A model generated the notes under the pieces. That model searched no databases. It was not told where the DNA came from and worked only from the letters and a program-made list of their open reading frames with translations. A DNA stretch of 64,000 nt, from NCBI GenBank assembly GCA_034226945.1, contig CP120459.1, positions 1 to 64,000 on the forward strand. The letters run 5' to 3'. The position numbers were made by a program, and so were the translations under genes. Positions 47,374 to 59,941 of this stretch are shown one piece after another. The stretch's first letter is position 1; every line of letters begins with the position of its first letter. This DNA is from Picochlorum sp. SENEW3 (taxonomy: Eukaryota).

Positions 47374-49559
47374 ATGCAGAGAAAGGGTGGCAGCGGTTCG
47401 AAATATGTTTGGTATTGGCTTGCAGTGCTTGTGTGCTACCTCGGTCTGACACTAGTTTTGTGGAAGTGTATCACGCATGAGTGGGGCCAGATGAATGCTT
47501 TCGATGGGGTCAGGTCTGGGAAGATGGGTTCCACAGAGTATCAGGGCAAGGCATTGTCTCAGATCATCACACATGTTGGATCCAGTGGCACTGGTTTGAT
47601 GAACAAGTACTTCTACCGATTCAAAAATGTGCATATTATTGATAATAGGATCAAGTTTTACTATGATCCGAGGACATTTGACCCGCCTGTGGATGAGCAC
47701 TGGGTTGATATTGTGTCGTGCAATGCAACCTCTCCTCGGCACCCCACCATGTTTGTGATCAAAGGGGATGCACAGCCAATCCGGTGGTATGTGACCACTT
47801 TAAAGAATGCGCTTTTTTTTGGGTCATCATTACGGACTTATACGCGTCTTTTACACTGTGCAGGCACTACATGCCAATCGACTACATTCCTGTTTCTGAT
47901 GTTGAAGAATTTCTGCCAAAATGCTCTGGCACGGTGTCTGATATTGCCTATCTATTACAAGTGAGGTACTCGTACAACATATGGCATACGTGGAATGAAG
48001 GCATCATGGGAATATTTCAAACTCTTCGAGAAGTAGGAAGGCTCCCTTTGGCTCTTGTGGAGAAGGATGGACAGTTGTCAGAGCTTTTGGATGGGATGGG
48101 TGGCTCCGAGTCATGCCCTTGGATCTACGACCACGCGATCAATAAGAGTGTGCGCCCTGAGATGTGTGATAGGATGCCTCAGATTCTTAAAAAAGGGGCG
48201 ACATGTGACGTTGGCAGGGATGTATGGTGCCGCGAGGGATCAGTCTTCAGTTATGCACGGAGCAACCCAGACTACAGTCCCCTCATCCTGACATTTACCC
48301 CAGAGTCCACGAAAAATGTTTGGTCACATTTGTATGACTCTATATCTCAGAAACAGAAATCTTTGTCAGATGTTATGGGGTATTGCTTCTCAGATCTGAT
48401 CATCGGGAAAACCTCGACGTTGAATTTTTATCAAACCCTGAACATGACACCCCCAGACCCAGCTGTCTTGGCCAAGGTGGCGAGGATCGATAATGTGGAG
48501 GCGCGCGTGGAAGCGATGGCTGTCTTCAAAGCCTTCATTACTTCCTCTCAAAGGGAGTGGGTGTATAAAACCCAGGGAGAATCGCGTACATCTTGGAAGG
48601 GATACGATGATGCAGGGTTGGAGAGGCTCCGTGGAGGTGTGGGACCAGAGGATTTGGAGGCTGGTGTTTTGGATGCCATCAACCCAGGATCTGTGGCTGG
48701 ATCTCTCCGTGAAGAAATAGAAGAGCTTCATAAACAATACGTTAAGCACAAGGAGCTGATTGAACCAGGAGTCAAGCAGTTTGAGGAGGAGATTGGGTAT
48801 CAGGTACCAGAGGGCCTTGACAAGGAGCACTTGCTTGACTTGTTCGATGAAGAAGCCAGCGCGGCATCGCATCGACTTGGGAACGGTGTGAAACGTACGA
48901 TGCATTACAGGGAGCGACATACGGGGCGACAGCTTTTGCAGTCTGAGACTCCTCTAAATGCATGGTTTTTGAAATCAACGACGTACAAACACGAGACGCC
49001 TCGACCTGTGGTCACATACATGTCCCGGAATTTCTTTTCCAGAGGAATCGCGAATGAGAAAGATATTCTGACGTATATATTAGAGACGTATGATGTTACT
49101 TTGCGCGTCACAACATTCCAAGAACCCTTGTTGGAGGTGATGGATTTGTTGGCACACTCTGATGTTCTGTTTGGGATGCATGGCGCTGGTTGGACAAATG
49201 CACTGTTCATGAAGAGGGGAGCGACTACAATGCAGATGTATCCCTATGGTTGGAGACTGCCTAATAACTCTACAGTCAGAGGGTACAACTATAGAGAAAT
49301 TATTTATGCTAGTGAAGGAAAATACATTGAATGGGTAAACCCTTCGAGAGTCAATGCATATTTCAGGCGAATCGATTTCAAGAAGCGTAAAGATATGAAG
49401 TTTCAGCTTCACCCAGATCCAAAAGATCCTTTGCCTCAAGATAGCTGGCCTGGGAATCAATGGATTTATCAAAATACATACATTGAAATGAATATTTTCA
49501 GGGACGAAATTGATGCCATGATGAAAAGAGCCGGCATCAAACCAAAGAAAACAAATTGA
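47374..49559 (+). CDS. Type II membrane glycosyltransferase, GT61-like
   Basis: N-terminal TM; NIWHTWNE; DVLFGMHGAGWTNALFM; one intron. Confidence 0.8.
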
Positions 49560-49615
49560 TACTACTACTATTACTGCTACTGTCTAAAATAAAATTCAAA
49601 GATGAAAATTATCCT

Positions 49616-52600
49616 CTAGAAACCTGGAAGTTCTGTGAGATTCAGAATGCCGGATGGGAGGGATGCAATATCCCTCATGAGGGCCAACCTGCTCTGCCGA
49701 ACCTTCTCATCCTCTGACATGACAAAGACATTCTCAAAGTATGATTCCAGTGGCATCACGAGTTTCTCTGCAGCCTTGGTAAAGTCCGAAACCGACGAAT
49801 CTTCTGTCAAATTGGAAGATACTGTCTGATATGCTTCATACAGCTTCCTTTCATCATCACTCTCAAAGAGTGCTGGATCAACGTGCCACTCTGGGGAGAT
49901 ATCCTTGCCACGTGTCAATCGAATAGACCTTGCCATTGCGGTCATGACCTCATGCAATTGGCTTGCTTCACCTTGCTCCAGTTGTTGACCTATATCCTTG
50001 GCAGTTTTCGCTGCAAGTGAGGGATTTTCGCCTCTTTCAGAAAGGGATGCTCTCACAGCCTCAACAGGGATGCCATCATCCACAAGAATTTGCTCCAAGC
50101 GTTTCGAGATGAACTCGTACAGGGATTCCTTGGATTCTTCGGTAACCTCAACTGGCTGAACGCTAGCTGCTACATTGATTGCACTCCTCAAATCGAATGC
50201 AACATCGCTATTGATCAGGATGAGAAGCAATCCAACTGCCGACCGTCGCAAACCGTATGGATCTGCATTTGCAGTTGGTCCACAATTGCAGGCAAACAGG
50301 CCAACAAGAGAATCCAACTTATCTGCAATAGAAACAATGACACCAGCATCTGTGGCGGGCAGGAGGTCACCAGCATGTCGAGGCAAAACAGATTCGAAAA
50401 TTGCTTCAGCAACCTCAGGCTTCTTTCCCTCCAGCAATGCATAGTGTTTGCCCATGACACCTGCAAGGGCTGTCATTTCAGTGACAGTAAACGTAGCAAG
50501 ATCTGACCTATAAATATGAGCAGCCTCTTGGGCCACGTCCTTTGCTGCACTCAAATCAAGTAACTCAGCAACTCTTGGCACTGTATTTTCGATTCGAACA
50601 GTCTTGTCTAAAAGAGATCCGAGCTCCTTTTGGAAAGTTGTGCCACTCAGTTTAGGGCGCACATCTTCCAGTGTACATTTTCTATCCATCTCGTAGAAAA
50701 ACTGCGCGTCTTCAAATCTTGCTCGTATGACAGCCTCGTTTCCACTCTTGACCAATGCCTCATCAATAGCTCCATTTGCTACTGTGATAAAGTATGGCAA
50801 CAGGGTATCTGACTCTGGCTTGTACACCGGGAAATATCTCTGATGTTTCCTCATCACCATGACTAAAATATCTTTTGGTAGATCTAGAAACTTCTTCTCG
50901 TATTCCCCAACCACAACAGTGGGACTCTCCACGAGATTGGACACCTCATTGAGAAGAGAGCCTCGGCAACCATCTGGGACCACACCACCAAGGCTCTTTG
51001 CAGCTGCTGTCACATCCTGCCAGATCTTCTCCTTCCTATCCTTTGTATCCACAACAATGTTCTCACGCAATAAAGTGTGGTGATACTCATCCGCATGGTC
51101 CACAGTCACAACTGGACTGTTGCTGTTGCGCAAGAGCCTTGTAGAGTCTCCTCCAATCAGTCCAGCAAATGGTACAGGCAACACGTGATTGCCATGCATG
51201 GCAAATATCCATCGAATCGGCCTGCTAAAGTGCTGCTCGCTCCTCCACTTCATACTCTTCTTGAACGAGATCTGTTTCAATATACGTGGCAGTTCCTCCA
51301 TGAGGACTTCTGATGCCTTGCGTCCTTTTCTCTGAACCGTCACCCACACGTAACCAGTGCCCTTTTTATCCTCCTCTACACGGCAGTCTTCCACTGTCAC
51401 TCCATTCTTTTTGCAGAATCCCATCAATGCTGGAGTCGGAACACCCTCCTCATCATATGCAACTTTGACTGGAGGACCCCGAACATCCTCTGTAGACGAC
51501 ATCTGCCCTGGCACCAATTCATGCACCGTGACTGCCATCCTTCTTGGGGTACCTTCTACAGCAACGCCCCCGTGGCCGAGCTTACATGCATCAAGCATCT
51601 CCGGGATAGAGTTTGATAACTGCTCCAATGCAAAATCCAGGTCCTCCGGGGGTATTTCTTCACATCCAATCTCCAAGACAAATGTGCTTGGAGCTGTTGG
51701 GGAATCACAGCCCGACACCTTTCCCGCAACAACCGGTTCAACAACCCCCAGTGGAAACTCTTGCTCCTCTCTTCTAGCAACCCACAATGCTGTAACTTCT
51801 CTTGCCAATGATCGCAACGTCGCAAAACATTCCGCACGCTCCGTGACCCCCACAGCTCCACGGGCATCCATGATGTTGAATGTATGAGACAGTTTCAGCA
51901 AGTGATCATAGGCCGGCACAGGGAGGCGCTGATCCAGCATTTTCCTCGCTTCCTTTTCATATAGATCGAATCTCGCCCTCTGACCATGCACATCCGCCTC
52001 ATCCAAATTGTACACGCTCATCTCGTACTCATTCTGCAGAAACATCTCCCCATACGTCACCCCTGGCGCATACACAATATCCTTGAAGTGATCCACCCCC
52101 TGAAGAGACATGATAATCCTCTCTAGACCATACGTAATCTCAACAGCAGGAACAGGAAGAGGCTTGCCTCCCGCTTGCTGGAAATACGTAAACTGTGTCA
52201 CTTCCATCCCATCCAGCCACACCTCCCACCCAAGCCCCCAGGCCCCAAGCACAGGACTTTCCCAATTATCCTCCACGAATCTCACATCATGAGAACTGGT
52301 GTCAATTCCGATAGCTTCTAAAGACTTGAGGTACAACTCCTGCGGATTCCCAGGATCTGGCTTGAGTATCACCTGAAACTGCGTGTGCCTCTGCACCCTG
52401 TTTGGGTTATCCCCATATCTGGAATCATCAGGCCTGATCGAAGGCTCGGCGTATGCCACATTCCAAGGCTCTGGCCCCAACACTCTCAAAAACGTCGCCG
52501 GATTCATCGTCCCAGCCCCCACCTCTGTATTATGAGGCAGCCACATGGCGCACCCCACAGAAGCCCAGTACTCTTGCAACCTCGCAATGGCATCCTGGAA

Positions 52601-52915
52601 TGTCAGACACGTCATCGCATTCCCTTTTGTATTCTTACCAACAGCAACACTATCACCTGGCTGCTGCATCACCGCATTCACAGCACGACCTGAGGAATGG
52701 CACCTCCGACGCAGAACCACATTCGCACTCCATGACACTGATGACGACAGATGCTCACGATATGACACCAGAGAAAGATTTCGTACAGAACAAGCACTAC
52801 CGGATGGGGAATAGGACACACACCGTGCCATCAACCCACCACGACGACCAAGCAACATTCCCTTCATTCCTTTCCGGGTGACACAAAACCCACGAATGAA
52901 TGCAGGGTGGTTCAT
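49616..52915 (-). CDS. glyQS: Organellar glycyl-tRNA synthetase, fused alpha+beta (bacterial glyQS type)
   Basis: [49 protein letters not shown]. Confidence 0.97.
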   Translation of the reverse strand: MNHPAFIRGFCVTRKGMKGMLLGRRGGLMARCVSYSPSGSACSVRNLSLVSYREHLSSSVSWSANVVLRRRCHSSGRAVNAVMQQPGDSVAVGKNTKGNAMTCLTFQDAIARLQEYWASVGCAMWLPHNTEVGAGTMNPATFLRVLGPEPWNVAYAEPSIRPDDSRYGDNPNRVQRHTQFQVILKPDPGNPQELYLKSLEAIGIDTSSHDVRFVEDNWESPVLGAWGLGWEVWLDGMEVTQFTYFQQAGGKPLPVPAVEITYGLERIIMSLQGVDHFKDIVYAPGVTYGEMFLQNEYEMSVYNLDEADVHGQRARFDLYEKEARKMLDQRLPVPAYDHLLKLSHTFNIMDARGAVGVTERAECFATLRSLAREVTALWVARREEQEFPLGVVEPVVAGKVSGCDSPTAPSTFVLEIGCEEIPPEDLDFALEQLSNSIPEMLDACKLGHGGVAVEGTPRRMAVTVHELVPGQMSSTEDVRGPPVKVAYDEEGVPTPALMGFCKKNGVTVEDCRVEEDKKGTGYVWVTVQRKGRKASEVLMEELPRILKQISFKKSMKWRSEQHFSRPIRWIFAMHGNHVLPVPFAGLIGGDSTRLLRNSNSPVVTVDHADEYHHTLLRENIVVDTKDRKEKIWQDVTAAAKSLGGVVPDGCRGSLLNEVSNLVESPTVVVGEYEKKFLDLPKDILVMVMRKHQRYFPVYKPESDTLLPYFITVANGAIDEALVKSGNEAVIRARFEDAQFFYEMDRKCTLEDVRPKLSGTTFQKELGSLLDKTVRIENTVPRVAELLDLSAAKDVAQEAAHIYRSDLATFTVTEMTALAGVMGKHYALLEGKKPEVAEAIFESVLPRHAGDLLPATDAGVIVSIADKLDSLVGLFACNCGPTANADPYGLRRSAVGLLLILINSDVAFDLRSAINVAASVQPVEVTEESKESLYEFISKRLEQILVDDGIPVEAVRASLSERGENPSLAAKTAKDIGQQLEQGEASQLHEVMTAMARSIRLTRGKDISPEWHVDPALFESDDERKLYEAYQTVSSNLTEDSSVSDFTKAAEKLVMPLESYFENVFVMSEDEKVRQSRLALMRDIASLPSGILNLTELPGF

Positions 52916-53086
52916 CGATTACTAATTATATACTATTTTCGACTGCAACAGCACAAATGTGCCACAGTCTACCAATCACATCTGAAACAAGGGATTACTG
53001 CTGCCCCTGATATTGTGGCATTCATGCCAAAAAATCATTATTACTAGTGTCATTCAGAACAGTATTACACATTCATCGTATGTCAT

Positions 53087-53533
53087 CTATACAGTATACC
53101 CATTGTTATCATGATCCAAAATAGAGCGGAACTGCCCCCATCGATGTGGTGTCCCAGCAGCAGCACGTGCCTGCTCCTTGCCCCCCTCACTCATCTTCCA
53201 TTCCTTCCTCTCTACCTTCTTGCTTCCACCAGGAAGCTCCGCTCTCCTTGTATCACGAGGATAATACCTCACATCATAGACTCGATCAGGTTCTGCGTAC
53301 GGAATAGCTGCCTTCACTGGGTGTGACCTGCACAACACACATACTCACACTCGGGGCACAGGACATGCTCAATCTCCACCGGTGCTATAATACACGTACG
53401 TTGGACATATAGATCTATACTCTGTAGCTTTGGGAAGGTGAGACAAGTATTCTGGAGAAGAGACTGGTCCGGTGAATTCCCACGGTGCTCTAATTCCCAG
53501 TCTCTTCAGAAACTGTCCAACAGAACGACTCAT
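53087..53533 (-). CDS. NDUFA7: Complex I subunit NDUFA7/B14.5a, plant type
   Basis: PWEFTGPVSSPEYLSHLPKATEYR..CP|..PDRVYDVRYYPRDTRR; one intron. Confidence 0.8.
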
Positions 53534-53975
53534 ATCTGTCGAATATATATATTACTAATTCATACTATAGAAAGTCGGGTATTGTGTACTGCCAAAGTAG
53601 AAGAAGAAGGATCCCTTTGGAACCGGTCCGGGTTTGATGATGATGGATAGTCGTACTATCAATGGGTTTGTTTGATGGGAGGTGCTAAGTACCAAGTGGA
53701 GGGATGGTGTTTTGGAGGGTCACAAGACATGTGTGTTGCATTCTGTACAGCCATGTAAAAAACAATCATCTTATAATTATACGAGTATGATGGTTGCAAT
53801 GATCAATCAGGCGTGATTGATTGATAGCAATACACGTGATTGTAACAGTTTTTTCCTCTTTTGCTTCTGTGTCGAAGAACTCTTGTGAGGAGCGATCGAT
53901 TGGTTCCTTGATTCGATTATAGTGGAAAGAAATTATACGAGAGTGGTATTGCGTGGAAAAGACTACCTGATCATC

Positions 53976-54721
53976 ATGGTGTGACTTTTTTTTAGTGTCT
54001 GGTACAACAGAGTGTGTGCTCAGGGTTTACTTATCCGATGGTGTGGGTGCAGGGTGTGTGGTTGTCAAAGCTCATGTCGTATTTTGGAGATAAGGAGGCT
54101 AGGATATTGGTGCTAGGGTTGGACAATGCCGGGAAGACGACGATTCTGTGTGCGTGCTTGTGTGTTCTTCGAGTGGCGCTCCATGTTTCTGGTGATGTTT
54201 TTGCTGTGGTGCAGATCGGTTGCATGTCGGAGAGGTGGTCCAGACTATTCCAAGTATGTGTGGTGTTGATTTTGATCTTGTTCTTCTGCTGTTCAAACCT
54301 TTGTTGGTGACGGTGTGCAGCGATTGGGTTTAATGTGGAGACTGTGACCTACAAGAATATCAAGTTCCAGGTGTGGGATCTTGGTGGTCAGACTAGCATT
54401 CGGCCGTATTGGAGGTGTTATTATCCGAATACCCAGGCCATCATCTATGTTGTGGATAGCTGTGATAAGGACAGATTATCTACAAGCAGGGCAGAGTTTC
54501 AAGCTATTTTAGGGGAGGAGGAGCTGCAAAAGGCTGTGATTTTGGTGTATGCAAACAAGCAGGATTTGCCTGGTGCACTGAGTGAGTCTGAGGTTGCAGA
54601 GGGATTGGGGTTGACGGATATAAAAAACAGAGCATGGTCAATATACAAGACAAGTGCTATCAAGGGAGAGGGGTTATTCGAGGGCCTGGAGTGGCTTTCT
54701 GGGGCTCTGAAAAGTGCGTAA
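53976..54721 (+). CDS. ARL1: ARF-like GTPase ARL1
   Basis: ATG-only first coding exon; [38 protein letters not shown]. Confidence 0.95.
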
Positions 54722-54857
54722 TTTACAAACATACAGTAGAAGTATATAATGATAGACTGCGTAATGATCATGTGTGTGCTCGGTCATTCATTCATTCATG
54801 AAGTTTGCTGTATCATCAATCCATTCATGTGTGCACTCTTTGCTTCTCTAAAGGGCT

Positions 54858-55400
54858 TTAGACGCCAGAGGATTCGCTTTTGGAGTATTTTTGTGCATTT
54901 GTTTTCGATCTCTTCTTCCTCTTGGTCCTTGTCGTATCCTGTTGGATTGATTTGGACATGAGTTCCTGGAGTCTTAGGACTTCAGCTTCCGCCTTCTTCG
55001 TTGCCTTCGTCGCACTTTCCAGTTTATCTTCTAGTTCTCGCACCTTTGTTGTAGTTTTGGTTGCCCAATCATGCATTGATACCAGGTGCTGCACCGAACG
55101 TTGAAATTTGGCATCAGTCTCATCATTCTTCCTTCTCAATTCATCAATCTGACCCAAAATATCCCTCAGCACCTCGGTATGAATGCTATATTTTGGATCT
55201 TCATTTACTCTTTGCATTGGGTTTATCGTAGACTTCCCCACAAGATCTGGCTTTTTCTGCTTGGTCATCATAGATGCCCCTGCTGGGTGAAAGGGTGTGT
55301 GAAGAAAGTCATCCATATCGTCTGCTCCGTGGTTGTTATAATCAAACCCCTCATGCGGCGAAGCCTGAGGAGTTTTGCGTATCTGCTGTGTCGTGTTCAT
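54858..55400 (-). CDS. Hypothetical coiled-coil protein
   Basis: Heptad-rich ORF with basic C-terminus. Confidence 0.55.
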   Translation of the reverse strand: MNTTQQIRKTPQASPHEGFDYNNHGADDMDDFLHTPFHPAGASMMTKQKKPDLVGKSTINPMQRVNEDPKYSIHTEVLRDILGQIDELRRKNDETDAKFQRSVQHLVSMHDWATKTTTKVRELEDKLESATKATKKAEAEVLRLQELMSKSIQQDTTRTKRKKRSKTNAQKYSKSESSGV

Positions 55401-56027
55401 AACGCTCGCGAAGACAAGCGCACGTGCATGTCTTCTCTTTTGAAATGCCTGGTCAAACTCTCTCAAATAAGTACACAGCAGTCACTCTCAAGGCGCGTTC
55501 CTCCTCACTATAGGTGTTACCTGCTTTCAAAAGATAAACCACGTAAGTCAAAGTATTCTTGTTCCAATACACGCCCAAGATGTACATGAGAGGTTGTTCC
55601 CATAGGGACTACCCTACTACCAACCTACTACTATGAGATACTTCGAAGTAACCCTATATAATTCCGCCCAAAAACGCCTTTGTACATGTCAACATGTGTG
55701 TAATAGTATTTTACTCGCTCCCCTTTGGCCAAGGCTGTGAGACACGGGATGTGCCTTTCTGGCATTCCAATGCACACAACCAAAGAGGGAGAGGGAAGAC
55801 TACTACTGTTGTGACGAGCACAGAGCCAGGAATCCGAGAGTATCAGACCGTTCTACATACCTTTTATATATCAGAAACGTATTTTCATTCTGTGGAGCAA
55901 CCACTGTCGAAACGGTTTAAGGAATCTCCAACCATCACAGAGCTTGTATCCTACCATCAATCAACCTCTCTGATGGGCTCCTTCCGAACATGCTCCAATG
56001 AATTCTGTCCTGAAGCTTATGCTTAAG

Positions 56028-57245
56028 TTATGCAACATGATGAATGCCACAGTGCCTCAGGATGGATACGAATCTGTCCAGTTCTTGCTCTGAATTGTAG
56101 ACATGCACGCTCGCTCGAACAACCTGCTCCAAATGCCTCTTCTCAAAGTCCAGTCTGGACGATGTTATTCGAGAAACTGAAACAGAGACTTGCTCAGACT
56201 GCAACAATGCATACAGTTCGTCTGCAGTGATGCCTTGTACAGTGAATGAGACGATGCCACATAGCCTTGTCCCTTTGTCTCTCAACAGTAAACCTGGGAC
56301 ATTGTGTTCCAGTGCATTCCTCAGATATTCTGCCAGATGCAGTATTCTTTTCTCAATAATATGTATTCCAAGGTTGTTGCACTCCCGAAGAGCCACAGCA
56401 AGGCCAACACGAGCAGCATAACTCATCTCATATTTTTCAAACCTCCGGCATGTGCCTACAAGTTTGTAATCGCTGCTATTTGTCCATGAAGCACTTGCCA
56501 CGTCGATTGAAGCAGGTTCAAATGCATCCAAATAGTCTTTGGAGCAATATAGAAACCCAGTTCCTCGGGGAGCTCGGAGGAATTTTCTTCCTGTGCCAGA
56601 CAAAAAGTCACACTGTATTTCTTTCACATCAGTGCAAATTTGCCCCACGCTCTGGCACGCATCCAACAAGAACGGCACACGGTACTTTTTGGCCAAGCGG
56701 CCAACACCAGCCGCGTCATACACCCTTCCAGAACTCGTGGGAATATGCGTGATGGAAATCAAGACTGGCTTTTTGGAGTTGCCATCACCTTCAGACATCA
56801 AGACTCGCTCCAGATGCACCAGATCAATGTCATACTCTTCAGTCTCAGGCACCACCACGATGCCCACTCCAATCCTCTTCTGTATCTGTAGATATGTTAG
56901 ATAATTAGTCCCATATTCGGACTCTGACGTCACAATGCAATCATCCTTCGTCCATCCCCAAGACAGTCCCTGAATGATCTGAAGCCAAGCTTCTGTGGCA
57001 CTTGATACAATGGCAATCTCTTCTTCGCGACAATTTAATAACGTCGACAACTCTTTGTACGGCGCATTCAAATCTTCTTGGCAATCCAGAGCGTGTTCGT
57101 ATCCACCCCTGGACTGTTCCTTTTCCAAATACGCCAAAACCCTCTCCTTGGTCTGCTCACTCTGCAAAGAGCACCCAGCCGCATTCAAATGGATCCTGTC
57201 CGGAACACCAGGCGTCGAATACCGAACATGCTGCCAGATCGACAT
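56028..57245 (-). CDS. Class V PLP-dependent enzyme (cysteine desulfurase / C-S lyase-like, bacterial type)
   Basis: HLNAAG, LDACQSVGQ, SGTGRKFLRAPRGTGFLY (PLP Lys), VRASVHVYN; intronless. Confidence 0.88.
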   Translation of the reverse strand: MSIWQHVRYSTPGVPDRIHLNAAGCSLQSEQTKERVLAYLEKEQSRGGYEHALDCQEDLNAPYKELSTLLNCREEEIAIVSSATEAWLQIIQGLSWGWTKDDCIVTSESEYGTNYLTYLQIQKRIGVGIVVVPETEEYDIDLVHLERVLMSEGDGNSKKPVLISITHIPTSSGRVYDAAGVGRLAKKYRVPFLLDACQSVGQICTDVKEIQCDFLSGTGRKFLRAPRGTGFLYCSKDYLDAFEPASIDVASASWTNSSDYKLVGTCRRFEKYEMSYAARVGLAVALRECNNLGIHIIEKRILHLAEYLRNALEHNVPGLLLRDKGTRLCGIVSFTVQGITADELYALLQSEQVSVSVSRITSSRLDFEKRHLEQVVRASVHVYNSEQELDRFVSILRHCGIHHVA

Positions 57246-57434
57246 TGTCTGTATTTGAAACTGTATTATCAACAACGGATGGCCGGCCATTCTACATGTC
57301 GAGATCCGGATCCGCAGTGGGATCCTTAAATAGAATACGTCGCCTTTCCCTGGAGTACAACATCCCATTCTCTGTATCTATAGAGTCATAGATATTAGTA
57401 TTTAATTATATGCCTCGCTCGCGGTGTCGCAGAC

Positions 57435-59767
57435 ATGTCTGACTACTGCATTGTCTGTGCTGAACACCTTGAGTTTACAGCATATGGGCCTTGTGGGCAC
57501 AAAGACACGTGCTCCAAGTGTGTCTTGCGACTCAGAACTGTTCTGAAGGATAATCGCTGCGTGTACTGTCAGCAGCCGTGCTCACGGGTGTTTGTGACGC
57601 GATTCGCTGGGGATTACACCAAGACTCTTTCCAAGGCTGCTTTTGACACTCTCGACGTACGTGTACACATGCATGTTGGAATTATGCGTATATACATATG
57701 AAATTGTGCTCGAAGAGCCTCTCCGTGGGGGAACAAGGATTGTGGACAACCGACTTTTTTTCTCAACAAACTGCTTTCCGTGTGTGTGTGCAGGAGGACG
57801 TGCGACAGGGAGACTATGTGCTTTTGAAAAGCGCCAATGCGTATTTCGACGACGCATCTCATCATGATGAGCTGAAAGGGCTGTGCAGCTTTTCTCACCC
57901 GCTCGTGGACAATGGCAGGAGGTTTCCTTCTCTGAAAGCACTGAAGCAGGAACTGAAGAACACGCGCAATGCACAATTTTGCAATATTTGTTTGGAGGGA
58001 AGAAAGGTATTTTTATCGGAACAATTGGCTTACACAAAATCTCAGTTAAACAAGCATTTGAAGCAGGGCGACGATGAGGGGCCAATGTCGACGTTCAGTG
58101 GATTCAAGGGGCACCCCGAGTGTGTCTATTGTTCTAAGAGGTTTTACGGAGAGAATGAGCAGTATGAGCACATGCATAGATTTCACGAGGAGTGTTTTCT
58201 GTGCAAAAGGACAAGCCCTCATAATCATATATATTATGCCAACTATGCGGCTCTGGAAGGTATGTGTGATTCACTGATGCATTCTTCATCTGCACGTTTC
58301 TGATTGAATGAGTACGTGATGCAGATCACTTCCGGCAAGATCACCACATTTGCACGAATAGTTCATGTTTAGAGAAAAAGTTCGTGGTGTTTGCGTCAGA
58401 ACAGGAACTCAAGACACATATGGCTCGAGAGCATGGGCAGGAAATGACAAAGGCAGAAAGGAAACAGGCCTTTTCAGTTCCTGTTGGATTCAACGTATGT
58501 GTCCTTTTGTTTTTTCACTCATGTTTGATATGAATTTAATTTCATTCGGTGGATTGTGCAGTACGATCGATCAAGTCGTAATTCTAGTACGTCTTCATTG
58601 CCAGCAATGGCAACCAGGAGACCTGCCGTGATTATTGGAGGGGATGCAAACATGCCTTCGAGGTCTCGAGGTAGTAGCAGGTCCAATCTAGCATTAGAGG
58701 ATCAGGTTGCAGCTATTGAAATTTCAAGGGCGCATGATGGGCCTGTCCAACAGACCTCATTTTCTGAGACTGATTTCCCATCCATGGCAGCAAGTTCCAG
58801 TGCTGCTCCAGCCGTGGGTGGAAGATGGGCTGGTTCGACAGGGCATCAGCAATCAGCTCCTAAAATAGAAGATTTTCCTGCACTTCCAGGGACGTCAAAG
58901 TCCGCAAAGCGCCGCGCAGCGAAAAAGAAGAATCTTGCATCTGTTGTGGGTGGTCAACAGGCACCTCGTGTCATCCATTCTAATGGAGAGGCATTTCCCG
59001 CCTTGGGGCCCAAACCCAATGGAACAGAAAGCCATCAGAAAGGAATAGAAATGAAGCAGTCTCGTGTATCCGAATCTCTTAGGAAGGCCAATGCCGCTCT
59101 GGCCGACAAGATTCAGAAACGCCTAGGCAATGGAACCAAGTATGAGGAATTTAGAAATTCCAGTGCCTCATGGGCTGATGGAGGCCTGAAAACGTCTCAG
59201 TATCATAAACTAGCCGTCTCATTGGGACTGGCAAACCTCATTCCAGATATTGCAGCCACATGCACGAGTGCAGAGAAGCGAGAGGAACTGCTCCAGGTTC
59301 ATTCGGTATCATTTGCAAATGATGCCTCTCGAGCCTCTGCAGGTAATTGGGTTCCCCCAGAAGTAGCCGCATTATACACCGCTCAAGACAAAGGTCCTTG
59401 GCAATGCTCAGTGTGCTCACTGGTGAATTCACAATCTGCCAGTCTGTGCGAAGCATGTGGCTCCTTGAAGCCATCAGCAGGGACACATACTGCTGGGACC
59501 AGCATCAAAATGGACGAATTTCCCTCCCTAGGGGGCCCATCGTCGTCCAAGAATAACAGTCAGAACCCTTCGTCTTCATCTGCATCTGGATCTTCAAAGA
59601 AGGCCAAGTCGAAGAAAGGAAAACAGTCTCTCTCAGACTTTTACAAGAACACAAAGATTGAAAAGAATGCGTGGCAGTCACCTCAGCTCAAAGGCCAGTG
59701 GGCCAGTCAAGGGGCCGGGCAACTAGCGCAAAGAGAAAGAGCTCTAAACGATGCGTATCGGAAATGA
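57435..59767 (+). CDS. ZNF598/Hel2-like RING E3 ligase
   Basis: CIVCAE..GPCGH..CSKCVLRLR..CVYC; C2H2 fingers (GHPEC..C..FY); (D)FP(S/A)L repeats; RanBP2-type finger. Confidence 0.9.
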
Positions 59768-59941
59768 GTCAAAGTTCAATGTTGAACACAATGATGTGTA
59801 ACAGCTGATCCCTCAGGATTCTGCATCATGTTGTACCATGATTCTTCATCCATCCTTCCTTACAAACCAAATTCAAAAGATATTATATATCTTGATGATA
59901 TTGTATGCGCCATACGTGTATCAGCGTATCGAAACTTTGAC

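Noticed and set aside
49616..52915. Fused bacterial-type GlyRS as a novel HGT
   Set aside because: The fused glyQS organellar enzyme is standard across green plants
53976..53978. ATG-only first exon of ARL1 as unusual
   Set aside because: Introns right after the start codon are common in eukaryotic genes
55694..56026. 110-aa plus-strand ORF
   Set aside because: No motif or splice support; lies antisense to neighbouring UTR/promoter DNA
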